A DNA stretch of 23,849 nt, taken from positions 39,828-63,676 of the forward strand of contig JBBITJ010000001.1 in NCBI GenBank assembly GCA_037440825.1, in the 5' to 3' direction. This DNA is from Candidatus Micrarchaeota archaeon. Lineage in GTDB: Archaea; Micrarchaeota; Micrarchaeia; Anstonellales; Bilamarchaeaceae. Below, in pieces: positions 1 to 7,876 of this stretch. Both the position numbers and the translations under genes were made by a program. Each line of letters starts with the position of its first letter. The first letter of the stretch is position 1. The notes under the pieces are model-generated. The model made no database searches, had not been told where the DNA came from, and saw only the letters and a list, made by a program, of their open reading frames with translations.

Positions 1-265
1 GCTTGCCTTCCGATCCGCACGACGGAGCGAAGTACTCCTCGCCTGCTGGCCAAGCACGCGCTTGACCACAGCATCATCAAACCCCGTCTTGATTGCTGAA
101 CAGATGCCGCTGAGCGAAATAGCCAGAGGTATGAACAGGCTGGCGACGAAATCCACGGCTATGCCCTACCTGGACCGTACAATGCTTCCTTGCTGGTTTT
201 CTCTAGGATGCAAATAAAATGATGGGTTGGTTCTACTATTAGGGGGACGCCTCACGCCTGGTACA

Positions 266-340
266 CGCTCCCATCGGGATTTGAACCCGAGTTAATGGAT
301 TGAAAGTCCACCGTCCTTGACCGGGCTAGACTATGGGAGC
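266..340 (-). tRNA. tRNA-Glu (anticodon TTC), intronless, CCA not encoded
   Basis: The reverse complement GCTCCCATAGTCTAGCCCGGTCAAGGACGGTGGACTTTCAATCCATTAACTCGGGTTCAAATCCCGATGGGAGCG folds as a cloverleaf. Acceptor stem GCTCCCA/TGGGAGC, anticodon loop CTTTCAA, T-loop TTCAAAT. Confidence 0.96.
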
Positions 341-348
341 AAGCAATT

Positions 349-404
349 GTTTTCAGTTTCCGGTTTTCTGTTTCGCAAAACACAAAACCCAAGACTCGAA
401 ACTA
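349..404. repeat. Inverted pair of 7-bp tandem arrays (4 + 4 units)
   Basis: GTTTTCA GTTTCCG GTTTTCT GTTTCGC | AAAACAC AAAACCC AAGACTC GAAACTA. The last unit contains the tmk stop codon. Confidence 0.8.
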
Positions 405-974
405 AACATTGACGCCGCTGTCACGCAAAGCATTCAGAATCTCTGCATGCACCGCGTCAATGTTTTTGCTGGCATCCACTAGGCGCCAGTTTGTCGTAAG
501 AAATTTATCTTCGTAGAGTTTTAAATAGTTTGCGCGCACCTGCGAAAGGTACTTCTTGTCCTCCTCGTACCTGTCCAGGTCCTTCTGCTTGCTCTTCCTG
601 GCCTGCGAAATCTCGGCGCTTATGTCCAGGTAGATCACGAGGTCCGGCTTCAGGAACGCTGTGTCCTCCACTATCCTCTTGCCCTGCTCGTAGCTTATGC
701 CGTCCACCTCGTACGCTATGGTTGAGAAGACATATCGGCTCAGCACTACGGGCTTCTCCCTGCCCTTCAGCTTCTCCTGCTCGTTGGCTATGTCCGCGAG
801 GAAGAGATGGAAGAGCGACTTCGAAGAGAGCTTCACCTTCTTCTCCAGGTAGTCGTTGAGTATGCCGAAGTTCCTGGTTGGGTAGCGCATGAACTCGAAG
901 TCCAGCTCCTTGCGCAGCATTTCTATCTGCGTGTCCTTCCCGCATCCATCAATACCTTCGAAAACTATCAGCAT
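402..974 (-). CDS. tmk: Thymidylate (dTMP) kinase
   Basis: N-terminal IVFEGIDGCGKDTQ P-loop, RYPT, (D/S)RYxxSxxAY motif, KPDLVIYLD; SD GAGGTG at 980-985. Confidence 0.93.
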   Translation of the reverse strand: MLIVFEGIDGCGKDTQIEMLRKELDFEFMRYPTRNFGILNDYLEKKVKLSSKSLFHLFLADIANEQEKLKGREKPVVLSRYVFSTIAYEVDGISYEQGKRIVEDTAFLKPDLVIYLDISAEISQARKSKQKDLDRYEEDKKYLSQVRANYLKLYEDKFLTTNWRLVDASKNIDAVHAEILNALRDSGVNV

Positions 975-986
975 AGCAGCACCTCT

Positions 987-1061
987 TCACCAAAACGAAG
1001 GCATTGACATGTCTTCGATACGCCGAAGACTTTGGTCAATACCCTCAAAAACAACCAGCAT
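987..1061 (-). pseudogene. 24-codon ORF beginning with a duplicate of the tmk N-terminus (MLVVFEGID...)
   Basis: The first 27 nt match the tmk start at 22/27 positions. The ORF is in frame with tmk and ends at TGA 989-987. Confidence 0.55.
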
Positions 1062-1121
1062 GATGCAACCCGGAATTTCTAAACGCGGAATAGAATAAAA
1101 ACCGGACGGTTGGACGAAAGG

Positions 1122-1149
1122 TTATAAATATATCCAAATATGGATATAT
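1122..1149 (+). promoter_or_regulatory. TATA box plus palindromic operator (probable PadR autoregulatory site)
   Basis: TTATAAATA at 1122-1130; perfect inverted repeat ATATATCCA-AATA-TGGATATAT at 1128-1149 overlapping the padR ATG. Confidence 0.7.
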
Positions 1150-1609
1150 GCGATTTTGCAGTGATCAGATGAAGGATTTCCTGAAGCGGGAGGGTGAAGT
1201 GGGCAGATACGTCGTGAAGAAGGTAGTGTCGCTCATGATCCTCTGGCTCGTGAAGAAGAAGGAGCGCACAGGCTACGAGATAATCGCAATTTTCGAGAAC
1301 GCCGGGCTGCGGCACGCCGCGAGCGCTGCGCGCGTCTATCCCCTGCTTGGCATACTCGAGAAGGCAGGATTCCTGTCCAAGAAGGAGGCGATGCAGGGTA
1401 AGAGGAGGTCTTACGTTTACAGGATAACGCCGGAAGGGAAAGCGAGGATGGAATATGCCTCGAAATGGCTGAAGGGCAGCCTGCTCGGGCAATTCTTTCG
1501 GGAAATGTTAGATGCAAACGATGCAAGGACGGGAAGCGGGCGTATGCGAGCGCGATTGGAAGGGGGTTACGGAGGAACACTGGAACATAGGGGGAAACAC
1601 AATGTTTAA
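1148..1609 (+). CDS. PadR-family winged-helix transcriptional regulator
   Basis: LMILWLV..ERTGYEI, VYPLL..LEKAGFL and RR.YVYRITPEG are PadR signatures. The tail after FFREML looks unconserved. Alternative start at 1169. Confidence 0.88.
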   Translation: MRFCSDQMKDFLKREGEVGRYVVKKVVSLMILWLVKKKERTGYEIIAIFENAGLRHAASAARVYPLLGILEKAGFLSKKEAMQGKRRSYVYRITPEGKARMEYASKWLKGSLLGQFFREMLDANDARTGSGRMRARLEGGYGGTLEHRGKHNV

Positions 1610-1627
1610 GCTGATGGGTTTCCCCCT
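1589..1627. repeat. Perfect 10-bp inverted repeat spanning the padR stop codon
   Basis: AGGGGGAAAC (1589-1598) and GTTTCCCCCT (1618-1627) flank a 19-nt spacer containing TTTAAG. Confidence 0.6.
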
Positions 1628-1651
1628 GGGTTTGTGAAGGGAGATGCTGGC

Positions 1652-2407
1652 ATGAAAGGCAAGCTCGAAACTCGGAACGCAGAACGCATGACTGCTGCGG
1701 AAAACCGAAGACTGGGGACTAGGGACTGCGTGATCTGCGCGCAGAGCCTGTACAAGATTTACAGGATGGGCGACGAGGAGGTGCGTGCGGTGGACGGCAT
1801 AGACCTTTCCATAAGGAAGGGGGAATTCGTGAGCATACTCGGACCAAGCGGCAGCGGCAAGTCCACGCTGCTCCAGATGATAGGGCTGCTTGACAGGCCG
1901 ACTTCAGGGAAGATATTCATAGACGGCAGGGACAGCGCGGAGATGGATGACGACGTCGCCACGGAGTTCAGAAGGAAGCGCGTGGGATTCGTGTTCCAGC
2001 AATTCAACCTCATAAGCACGCTCAACGTCTACGAGAACGTCGCGGTGCCGCTCATGCTAGACGAGGTGGACGAGGCGGAGCGCATGCGCATAGTGGTGCC
2101 CCTGCTGGAGCGGCTGGGGATGGAGGAGAGGCTGGCGCACTACCCGAACCAGATAAGCGGCGGGCAGATGCAGCGCGTCGCCATAGCGAGGGCGCTCGTG
2201 CTCAACCCGGAGATAATACTCGCGGACGAGCCCACCGGGAACCTGGACAGCAAGAGCGGCAGCGAGATAATATCCATTTTCAAGGAGCTGAACAGGAACG
2301 GCAAGACAGTAGTGATGATAACGCATGACCGCAGCATAGCGAGGCACGCGGACAGGATAATATACATAAAAGACGGGAAGATAGACAAGACGGAGGTGGT
2401 AAGATGA
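1652..2407 (+). CDS. ABC transporter ATP-binding protein (LolD/MacB-like)
   Basis: Walker A GPSGSGKST, Q-loop GFVFQQFNL, signature ISGGQMQR, Walker B ILADEPTGNLD, H-loop ITHD. The start is uncertain (1634 GTG, 1652 or 1688 ATG). Confidence 0.95.
   Translation: MKGKLETRNAERMTAAENRRLGTRDCVICAQSLYKIYRMGDEEVRAVDGIDLSIRKGEFVSILGPSGSGKSTLLQMIGLLDRPTSGKIFIDGRDSAEMDDDVATEFRRKRVGFVFQQFNLISTLNVYENVAVPLMLDEVDEAERMRIVVPLLERLGMEERLAHYPNQISGGQMQRVAIARALVLNPEIILADEPTGNLDSKSGSEIISIFKELNRNGKTVVMITHDRSIARHADRIIYIKDGKIDKTEVVR
1660..1728 (+). repeat. Two direct 7-bp tandem arrays at the ABC ATPase 5' end
   Basis: CAAGCTC GAAACTC GGAACGC AGAACGC ... AAAACCG AAGACTG GGGACTA GGGACTG. Confidence 0.65.
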
Positions 2408-3855
2408 AGAAGGTTTTCGCATTCGTTCTCCTGGCCCTTTTCGGGCTGGGATTTGCATCGCTTTCCATAAGCGGGCTTGCGCTGAGCAAGGCGGCGCTGA
2501 AGCCGGGCGAGAGCGCCGTGATAAACATGACCATCTCCAACGCGGACGACACCGAAGTGGTCGAAGGAGTTGCGATAACCATAGACGGCAATCCGGCGTT
2601 CACGTACACAAGCAGCATCTCCGTGGGCGACCTCAATCCCAGTACGTCGACTTCTATATCCATTCCGGTGAAGGCGAACGCGGACGCCGCGAGCGGCATC
2701 TACGCTTTCGCGATAAAGGCGCAGGGCTTCACAAAGAGCGCGACGCAGAGCAACCTGAACTACAAAGGCGCCAGCATAGCGATTCCGGTGCTCAGGAAGC
2801 CGGTCATCACGATTTCGGATTACGAGCCCACTTACAGCGAGAACAGCGAATTAAGGTTCACTATAAACAACTACGGGGGAAGCGCGAAGAACGCGAGGCT
2901 GGCAGTGGTTGCGCCTTTCGCGCTCTATGGGGAAAGCGAATTGTTCCTCGGCGACATTTCCGGCTCCATGAACGTTTCCCTCAACCTGAATGTGGCGGGA
3001 GTGGATGAAGGGCAGAATACGCTCAAGCTCCTGCTCATATACGAGGACGAGCTCGGGAGCGAGGCCAACGAGACCAAGAACGTGTCGCTCAACGTGAAGA
3101 AGGAGCTCATAGACCTCTCGTTCACCCAGCTTTCGGAAATATTTGCGAAAAGGGACAGCACTGCAACTTTCAGGGTGTCCAACAGCGGGAAGGACCTCAG
3201 GGACGTCCGCATAACGTTCACGGACGCCAACATCACCGTGCGCGGCGGTAACGACATAAAGCTCGGGGACTTAAGGAGCGGCGAGAGCATGGAATTCTCG
3301 TTCTCCGCGTACATGGACCTGTCGCCAGGCACGAAGAACGTGGATGCCGAAATCACTTATGTGGAGGACGGCAAGGAGAAAACCAAGGAAACTGAGATAA
3401 CCTTCACGATAGGCTCTGACAGCGACGTCCAGGTGTTCGTGGAAGGGAAGCCCATACCGCTCAGCAGGGGCGAGGAGCACACGCTTTCTGTCACGGTCGC
3501 GAACACGTGGGAATACCCGATAGAGTCCACGAGCGTGCGCGCCGAAGGGAACTTCTTCAGCATGGTGAGCGTGCAGAACGAGCAGTACATAGGGCTGCTC
3601 AGCAAGGACGACTTCAGCAGCGTCCAGTTCAAGATACGGATAGACGACGACGCGCCGGCCGAAGGCAACCTCACGGTTTACGTGAAATACCGCGAGCCTT
3701 CCGGGAACTGGATTGAGCAGAAGAAGGTAATTGCCATACCTGTCGGCGAGAAGGCGGTGGCGCAGGATTCCGGCGCGACCTACCTGGCTGCAGGCGCTGT
3801 GGCAGCGGCTGCGTGCGCTTACTGGGTGTTCTTCAGGAAGAGGAAGAAGGTGTAG
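2404..3855 (+). CDS. COG1361-type S-layer-domain/Ig-like surface protein with C-terminal membrane anchor
   Basis: Signal peptide MKKVFAFVLLALFGLGFA; repeated beta-rich modules (PGE..., GDL.., Y.D..G); C-terminal TM helix plus RKRKK tail; ATGA overlap with the ATPase gene. Such proteins commonly sit between the ATPase and permease genes in archaea. Confidence 0.75.
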   Translation: MKKVFAFVLLALFGLGFASLSISGLALSKAALKPGESAVINMTISNADDTEVVEGVAITIDGNPAFTYTSSISVGDLNPSTSTSISIPVKANADAASGIYAFAIKAQGFTKSATQSNLNYKGASIAIPVLRKPVITISDYEPTYSENSELRFTINNYGGSAKNARLAVVAPFALYGESELFLGDISGSMNVSLNLNVAGVDEGQNTLKLLLIYEDELGSEANETKNVSLNVKKELIDLSFTQLSEIFAKRDSTATFRVSNSGKDLRDVRITFTDANITVRGGNDIKLGDLRSGESMEFSFSAYMDLSPGTKNVDAEITYVEDGKEKTKETEITFTIGSDSDVQVFVEGKPIPLSRGEEHTLSVTVANTWEYPIESTSVRAEGNFFSMVSVQNEQYIGLLSKDDFSSVQFKIRIDDDAPAEGNLTVYVKYREPSGNWIEQKKVIAIPVGEKAVAQDSGATYLAAGAVAAAACAYWVFFRKRKKV

Positions 3856-3882
3856 CTCCCCGTTTGCGGGAAGATGATTCCT

Positions 3883-5103
3883 ATGAAGATAGCGGATATG
3901 CTAAAATACTCTGCCAAGAGCCTGGCTCACAGCAAGCTCAGGACCTGGCTCACCATCATAGGGATAGTGATAGGTATATCCTCTGTCATAGTGCTGGTCT
4001 CAATAGGCGAGGGGCTGAACCATTACGTGAGCGAGCAGCTCTCGCTCTTCGGGGCCGCGACCATAGTAGTCACGCCGATGAACCTGCAGAATTCCAACCC
4101 AAGCTTCGGCGGGCCGAACATGCAGGCGACGAGCGGCAAGCTGTTCGAGAAAGACGCGGACGAGCTGCGCAAGGTCGCAGGAGTCGAACTGGTATCCGAG
4201 GTCATAAACCAGCGCGCCGGCGTCGGGTTCAGGGGCAAGAACATAACCGCGAGCGTGAGCGGCATAGAGCCCGGCGTGTACAAGGAGGTGTTCAAGGACG
4301 TCGTAATCAGCGAGGGGAGGTACCTGAGCGACTCGGACCGGGGGGCAGCGGTGCTCGGAAACGACATCGCCGAGAAAAGCTTCGGAAAAGACAAGGTAGG
4401 AGTGAACAGCTACATCGACATCGCAGGCGAGAAATACCGCGTCGTGGGAATCCTGAACCGGACAGGCAATTCGTTCGCCTCTGTGGACAGCGTGATATTC
4501 ATAACTTACCAGGACGCGAAAGACCTTTTCGGAAGCAGGCTGCAGGACAAGGAGGTGAACGCCATAGTCCTCAAGGCCAGGGAGGGTTTCGATGTCGACG
4601 AGGTGGCGGAGGAGGTGGAGGAGCGGCTGCGCAGCACCCACGGCGTGCGGGAAGGGGAGGAGGACTTCGGATTGGTTACGCCGAGCTTCATAAACGGCAC
4701 AATAGGCTCCATAACGTCCATGCTCACAGTTTTCCTCGGCGCCATAGCCGCGATCTCGCTCCTCGTGGGCGGAGTGGGGATAACCAACACCATGTTCATG
4801 GCAGTGGTGGAGAGGACCAAGGAGATAGGCACGCTGAAGGCCATCGGGGCGAGCGAGAGGGAGATACTGTCCATATTCCTGATAGAGAGCGGGATGATAG
4901 GCGCGATAGGCGGCGTGCTGGGAATAGCTTTCGCGCTCCTCCTGCTTCTTCTGGTGAAGGGGTTCGGCGCCCCTGTGTACTTGGACCCTTACGTAATAGG
5001 CGGGGCTTCGGTCTTCGCGTTCATGGTCGGCGTAGCCAGCGGGTTCGTGCCTGCAAGGAACGCTGCGCGCGTGTCGCCGCTCGAGGCGCTGAGATACGAA
5101 TAA
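3883..5103 (+). CDS. ABC transporter permease (MacB/FtsX family)
   Basis: KLRTWLTIIGIVIGI, large extracellular domain, ISLLVGGVGITNTM..V.ERTKEIG.LKAIGA, C-terminal PA..AAR..P.EALRYE. Alternative start at 3874. Confidence 0.95.
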   Translation: MKIADMLKYSAKSLAHSKLRTWLTIIGIVIGISSVIVLVSIGEGLNHYVSEQLSLFGAATIVVTPMNLQNSNPSFGGPNMQATSGKLFEKDADELRKVAGVELVSEVINQRAGVGFRGKNITASVSGIEPGVYKEVFKDVVISEGRYLSDSDRGAAVLGNDIAEKSFGKDKVGVNSYIDIAGEKYRVVGILNRTGNSFASVDSVIFITYQDAKDLFGSRLQDKEVNAIVLKAREGFDVDEVAEEVEERLRSTHGVREGEEDFGLVTPSFINGTIGSITSMLTVFLGAIAAISLLVGGVGITNTMFMAVVERTKEIGTLKAIGASEREILSIFLIESGMIGAIGGVLGIAFALLLLLLVKGFGAPVYLDPYVIGGASVFAFMVGVASGFVPARNAARVSPLEALRYE

Positions 5104-5138
5104 TCGGATTTATAAATTTTGTCTGATTAACTGCGCAC

Positions 5139-5504
5139 ATGGCAACCAAGAGAAAAGCCACCATGGCGGAAGGCGGGGCAAAGCAGCATTCCAGGTACAA
5201 GTCTTACCGCAAGAAAGTGATGTGGATCGAAATCCTGTGCACATTCCTGATATGGGTGCTGTTCATAGTAGGTCTCGGGCTGGTGTTCTACCTCAGGGCG
5301 CCTGCGGAGGTCTTCGACACTGCCACGGCCATAGTGATCGTAGGCATTCTGTTCCTCAGCATAGTCCCGTTCCTCGCGAACTGGGAATACTACAGCTCTA
5401 TATGGAAGGCGTGGAGGGAAGGGAAGGAGATAATCTACAAGGAAGAGAGGGAAAACAACCCCTACGCGATCCTCGGAAGCAGGGAAGTCTGGATAAAGGA
5501 ATAG
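5139..5504 (+). CDS. Hypothetical membrane protein (2 TM helices)
   Basis: 121-aa ORF with two hydrophobic segments; TATA-like TTTATAAAT at 5109-5117, 30 nt upstream. Confidence 0.7.
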   Translation: MATKRKATMAEGGAKQHSRYKSYRKKVMWIEILCTFLIWVLFIVGLGLVFYLRAPAEVFDTATAIVIVGILFLSIVPFLANWEYYSSIWKAWREGKEIIYKEERENNPYAILGSREVWIKE

Positions 5505-5546
5505 AAGAAAAGATTGGAATAAAGGAAAGAAGAAAACGGAAAATAT

Positions 5547-6923
5547 TCATTTCCAGAAATATTTCTCTATCTCGTAGGCAGTGGGTCGCTTCTCATTCTC
5601 CTTGTGCTCCTCGAGCCTCTGCTCAAGGTATTCGGCCAGTATTTCAGTAGAGATGAATCCCTTCAGGAACTTGTTGTCGTTCTCTAGGGCCGCGACCGCA
5701 TCCATCACGCTTGAAGGCAGGCTCTTGACCTTGAGCTCCTTCCGCCTCTTCGCGTCCATCGCAAGCAGGTTCTCGTCCACGGGCTTCCCGGGATCAATCT
5801 TGTTCTTTATGCCATCCAGCCCTGCAGCGACCACTGCCGCGTACGCGAGGTACGGGTTCACGGAAGGATCGGCGCCCGTGTATATTATGGACCGCTCGGG
5901 ATCCGGGACAGCGGAATTCACGCACACGAGCGCGTTCGGGCTGCTCCTGCTCCACGCAGCGTAGCGCGGGTCGTTCTTGAGCCGCTTGTACGAATTGGTC
6001 GTCGGCGCGGTGAAGACGCAGAGCGCCTCCGCGTGCTCCAATATGCCGCCTATGTAATAGAGCGCGGTCTGGCTGAGCTGGGCGTATTCGCCTTTTTCGT
6101 CGTAGAACAGGTTCGCAGTCCCCTTCCTCAGCTTCTGCGAGAGGTTGAGCGCGCTGCCCTTCTCGTTCGCGACAGGAAGGGGCATGAACGTGGCGATGCT
6201 GCTGGATATGTACGCGATGTTCCTCGCGACGTGCTTGAGCGACACGAGCGCGTCCGCAGCGAGCTTCGCGTTCGTCTCCCGCAGTGATACGCGCTGCTGG
6301 CCGTTCGCCGACCTTCCGTGGCTGTGCGACGCCACCCCGTAGCGGAAGTGGTCCTCCACGATCTCCGCTATCTGGACCCTCGCCGAATAGAATGTGTCCT
6401 GGGGCTGGCTCGCATACGCGCCCTTCCTCGTGTTCCAGAACGGAGTGGGATTCCAATAAGCTTCCCTGGAATCTATGAGGAAGTTCGGACCCCGCTCAGG
6501 GGAAAGCTTGTCGCCAGTGACGTTGTCGAACAGGTAGAATTCGGATTCCGCGCCTATCTGCACGTCCGTTATTCCCATTGCCTTCGCGTTTATGTTTATG
6601 CGCTCAACGGAGTAGCGCGAGTCCTTCATGGACCTCTCCTTCCCAGGTATGGAATAGATGTCGCAGAGCAAGCGCATCGTATTCGGCTCCCACGGGACTT
6701 TCGCGAACGAGTCCGGATCAGGCACGAGGGAGAGCGCTTTTCCGGTGAAGCCGAACACCTCGGTGAGGTCGGTTTCGATGCCGTCCGAGAAAGACGCTTC
6801 GGTGAGATCTTTCGCGGCGATGGTGCGGTGGTGCAAACCGCCGTCGATGTTGATGAACTGGAGGCTCACCCACCTGAGGTCGTTGGTCTTCATGAATTCA
6901 AGAGTCTCTTCTACGCTTGGCAT
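5547..6923 (-). CDS. Glutamine synthetase type I homologue, predicted catalytically inactive
   Basis: GS fold motifs are retained (GAESEFYLFD, ATFMP.P, LS..ALYYIGGIL.HA, PTTNSYKRL, NPYLA..AGLDGIKNKIDPG), but most metal, ATP and glutamate ligands are replaced. SD GGTGAT at 6933-6928 supports ATG 6923. Confidence 0.85.
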   Translation of the reverse strand: MPSVEETLEFMKTNDLRWVSLQFINIDGGLHHRTIAAKDLTEASFSDGIETDLTEVFGFTGKALSLVPDPDSFAKVPWEPNTMRLLCDIYSIPGKERSMKDSRYSVERININAKAMGITDVQIGAESEFYLFDNVTGDKLSPERGPNFLIDSREAYWNPTPFWNTRKGAYASQPQDTFYSARVQIAEIVEDHFRYGVASHSHGRSANGQQRVSLRETNAKLAADALVSLKHVARNIAYISSSIATFMPLPVANEKGSALNLSQKLRKGTANLFYDEKGEYAQLSQTALYYIGGILEHAEALCVFTAPTTNSYKRLKNDPRYAAWSRSSPNALVCVNSAVPDPERSIIYTGADPSVNPYLAYAAVVAAGLDGIKNKIDPGKPVDENLLAMDAKRRKELKVKSLPSSVMDAVAALENDNKFLKGFISTEILAEYLEQRLEEHKENEKRPTAYEIEKYFWK

Positions 6924-6936
6924 AACGATCACCAAA

Positions 6937-6999
6937 GAGCGCCAGCGCTTGCTGCTGCCGCTGCGCCTCGGAGTCCGTTAATGCTCCAAGCTAAATAAA
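6937..6999 (-). promoter_or_regulatory. Putative promoter and structured 5' leader of the glnA homologue
   Basis: TATA-like TTTATTTA at 6999-6992; GC-rich imperfect hairpin GAGGCGCAGCG-(GCAGCAGCAAG)-CGCTGGCGCTC at 6969-6937 ending just before the SD. Confidence 0.4.
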
Positions 7000-7004
7000 C
7001 CTTG

Positions 7005-7730
7005 CTATTCGCGGGATTTTCCTGAGAGGCGTTCCACCTCCTTGGCGAGCTGCTCGACCTTCTGCCTGAGCTGGACAACCTCGCTGTCCACGCTTCCGAA
7101 GCGTTCTTCCAGCACGTCGTGGGCTAGAAGGTCTATCTTCTCCGCGCCTATGGGCACAATCCTTGATTTGAGATTCACGGTGGTGCTGTTGGGCGGCATG
7201 TCGGAAACGACAAGGGCTTCTGCGCCTATGCGGCAATTGTCTCCGATAGTCTTGGAGCCAAGCACCTTGGCGCCTGCGCCGATAACCACTCCGTTGCCTA
7301 TCGTGGGGTGCCTCTTGCCGGTCTCTTTTCCTGTTCCGCCGAGCGTTACGCCTTGGTAGATGAGCACGTCGTTCCCCACTTCCGAGGTTTCTCCAATCAC
7401 CACCCCTATGCCGTGGTCTATCACCACCCGACGGCCGATCTTCGCGCCCGGGTGTATCTCTATGTGGGTGAGCATCTTCACAAGATGGGACATTATCCTC
7501 GCGGTGTTATACCATTTCTTTTCATAGAGCCTGTGGATGAGCCTGTGGAGCGTGAGCGCCTGCAATCCCGGGTAAGTGAGCAGGATTGTGAATGCGTTCA
7601 GGTTGTTCGCAGCAGGATCTTTCTCCCTTATTGCTTCTATATCCTCCTTCATCCTCCTGAAGAAGCCCAGCCTCTGCCCATTTCCTTCAGAACCTGAAAC
7701 GCGCCTAGTTTCCATATTTTTTTGAACCAT
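7005..7730 (-). CDS. cysE: Serine O-acetyltransferase
   Basis: DPAA...YPGL.A..LHR, EIHPGAKIG, IDHG.GVVIGET, QGVTLGGTGKE.GKRHPTIG, GAGAKVLG; C-terminal coiled coil; SD AGGTG upstream of ATG 7730. Confidence 0.95.
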   Translation of the reverse strand: MVQKNMETRRVSGSEGNGQRLGFFRRMKEDIEAIREKDPAANNLNAFTILLTYPGLQALTLHRLIHRLYEKKWYNTARIMSHLVKMLTHIEIHPGAKIGRRVVIDHGIGVVIGETSEVGNDVLIYQGVTLGGTGKETGKRHPTIGNGVVIGAGAKVLGSKTIGDNCRIGAEALVVSDMPPNSTTVNLKSRIVPIGAEKIDLLAHDVLEERFGSVDSEVVQLRQKVEQLAKEVERLSGKSRE

Positions 7731-7784
7731 GAATGCCACCTTTTGATTTTTACGACTTGAAATTACCGCTAAAACTAAAAGTTT

Positions 7785-7853
7785 TCAACAAAGGCAGCGG
7801 CAACAAGGCAAGCTGGCTGAAATAGAATAAGAGCGTACTATCGTGCCTTGCAT
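7785..7853 (-). CDS. Cys-rich leader peptide MQGTIVRSYSISASLPCCRCLC (candidate cysteine attenuator)
   Basis: 22 codons, 4 of the last 6 Cys (TGT TGC CGC TGC CTT TGT TGA). The stop is 54 nt upstream of cysE and the ATG is 31 nt from the first base of a TATA box. Confidence 0.75.
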   Translation of the reverse strand: MQGTIVRSYSISASLPCCRCLC

Positions 7854-7876
7854 GGTTCTAATTATGTGCTAAAGAG

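Noticed and set aside
349..404. Heptamer arrays as a CRISPR array
   Set aside because: The units are 7 bp and contiguous with no unique spacers, and there are no cas genes.
987..989. In-frame TGA readthrough (Sec or recoding) joining the uORF to tmk
   Set aside because: tmk has its own SD and ATG, TGA serves as a normal stop elsewhere (for example in metK), and a fusion would only duplicate the first beta-strand.
3813..5126. 437-aa alternative-frame ORF, and the many other overlapping or antisense ORFs in the track
   Set aside because: These are Arg/Gly-rich or antisense shadow frames of well-supported genes, expected from high third-position GC.
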